A DNA stretch of 59,823 nucleotides, counting the filler. It is 4 parts of 4 records of this genome, joined end to end, with 100 filler letters (N's around TTAATTAATTAA, not from the genome) between each part and the next. Parts side by side here need not be neighbours in the genome. Positions count along the whole stretch, not along the records: positions 50,856 to 59,823 come from SRR2962707_577; 3 more parts are not named here. One strand, 5' to 3'. Each line of letters starts with the position of its first letter. Positions within the stretch are counted from its first letter, which is position 1. Shown one piece after another: positions 59,718 to 59,823 of the stretch. A program made the position numbers and the translations under genes. The notes below the pieces were generated by a model. It saw only the letters and a program-made list of their open reading frames with translations. It made no database searches and had not been told where the DNA came from.

Positions 59718-59823
59718 TTCATTAAGCCGGGATTTGGTTTTGCTCGTACCCACACCCTTGCCGCACTACCTCTCGTGAATCTATGATTTAGCATGATTTT
59801 TTGACGGTTCGCCGTTGCGATTC

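Noticed and set aside
50756-59823. Abrupt switch to lower-GC Bacteroidota genes, suggesting cross-phylum transfer
   Set aside because: The switch falls exactly on a linker and the genes are core (bamA, recO, tdk). This is a different organism's contig.

Overview
This window is not one locus. It is four unrelated contigs joined by three artificial 100-nt spacers (44 N + TTAATTAATTAA + 44 N at 10572-10671, 19384-19483 and 50756-50855), so nothing should be inferred across those joins. Taxonomic labels below are inferred from gene content only. Contig 1 (1-10571, alphaproteobacterial, Rhizobiales-like) carries a fused 2-oxoacid dehydrogenase E1alpha/beta, E2 and an acyl carrier protein. It also has a DUF2946-like CxxC/RGPP leader ahead of PCuAC and SCO copper chaperones, and a MacAB-like exporter with an FNR box, divergent from an FnrN-type regulator. 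Contig 2 (10672-19383, alphaproteobacterial) carries a type I secretion ABC/HlyD pair, a dienelactone hydrolase, an AlkA-like glycosylase, a PAS-EAL protein and partial argS. Contig 3 (19484-50755) is a repABC plasmid or chromid. It has a cluster of small stress proteins plus sodC with EcfG/RpoE2-type promoters, and an IS6-bracketed LacI/ABC/phosphodiesterase operon. It also has three toxin-antitoxin pairs, a DUF1403-like + orphan ScpB operon divergent from a Cre-like recombinase with a palindromic site between them, and repABC with ctRNA, two parS sites and a CtrA box. It ends in a wza/wzc/GDP-fucose polysaccharide region with an intact IS3-family element. Contig 4 (50856-59823, Bacteroidota, Cytophagales-like) carries the bamA end, two skp genes, chrA, a 2OG-Fe(II) oxygenase, recO, porZ, tdk, a ferredoxin, an acidic hypothetical protein and a densely structured non-coding element. 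The best candidates for undescribed biology are the recombinase/DUF1403/orphan-ScpB module, the RGPP copper leader, the plasmid-borne general-stress island, the terminal structured element and the PDH-ACP cluster.
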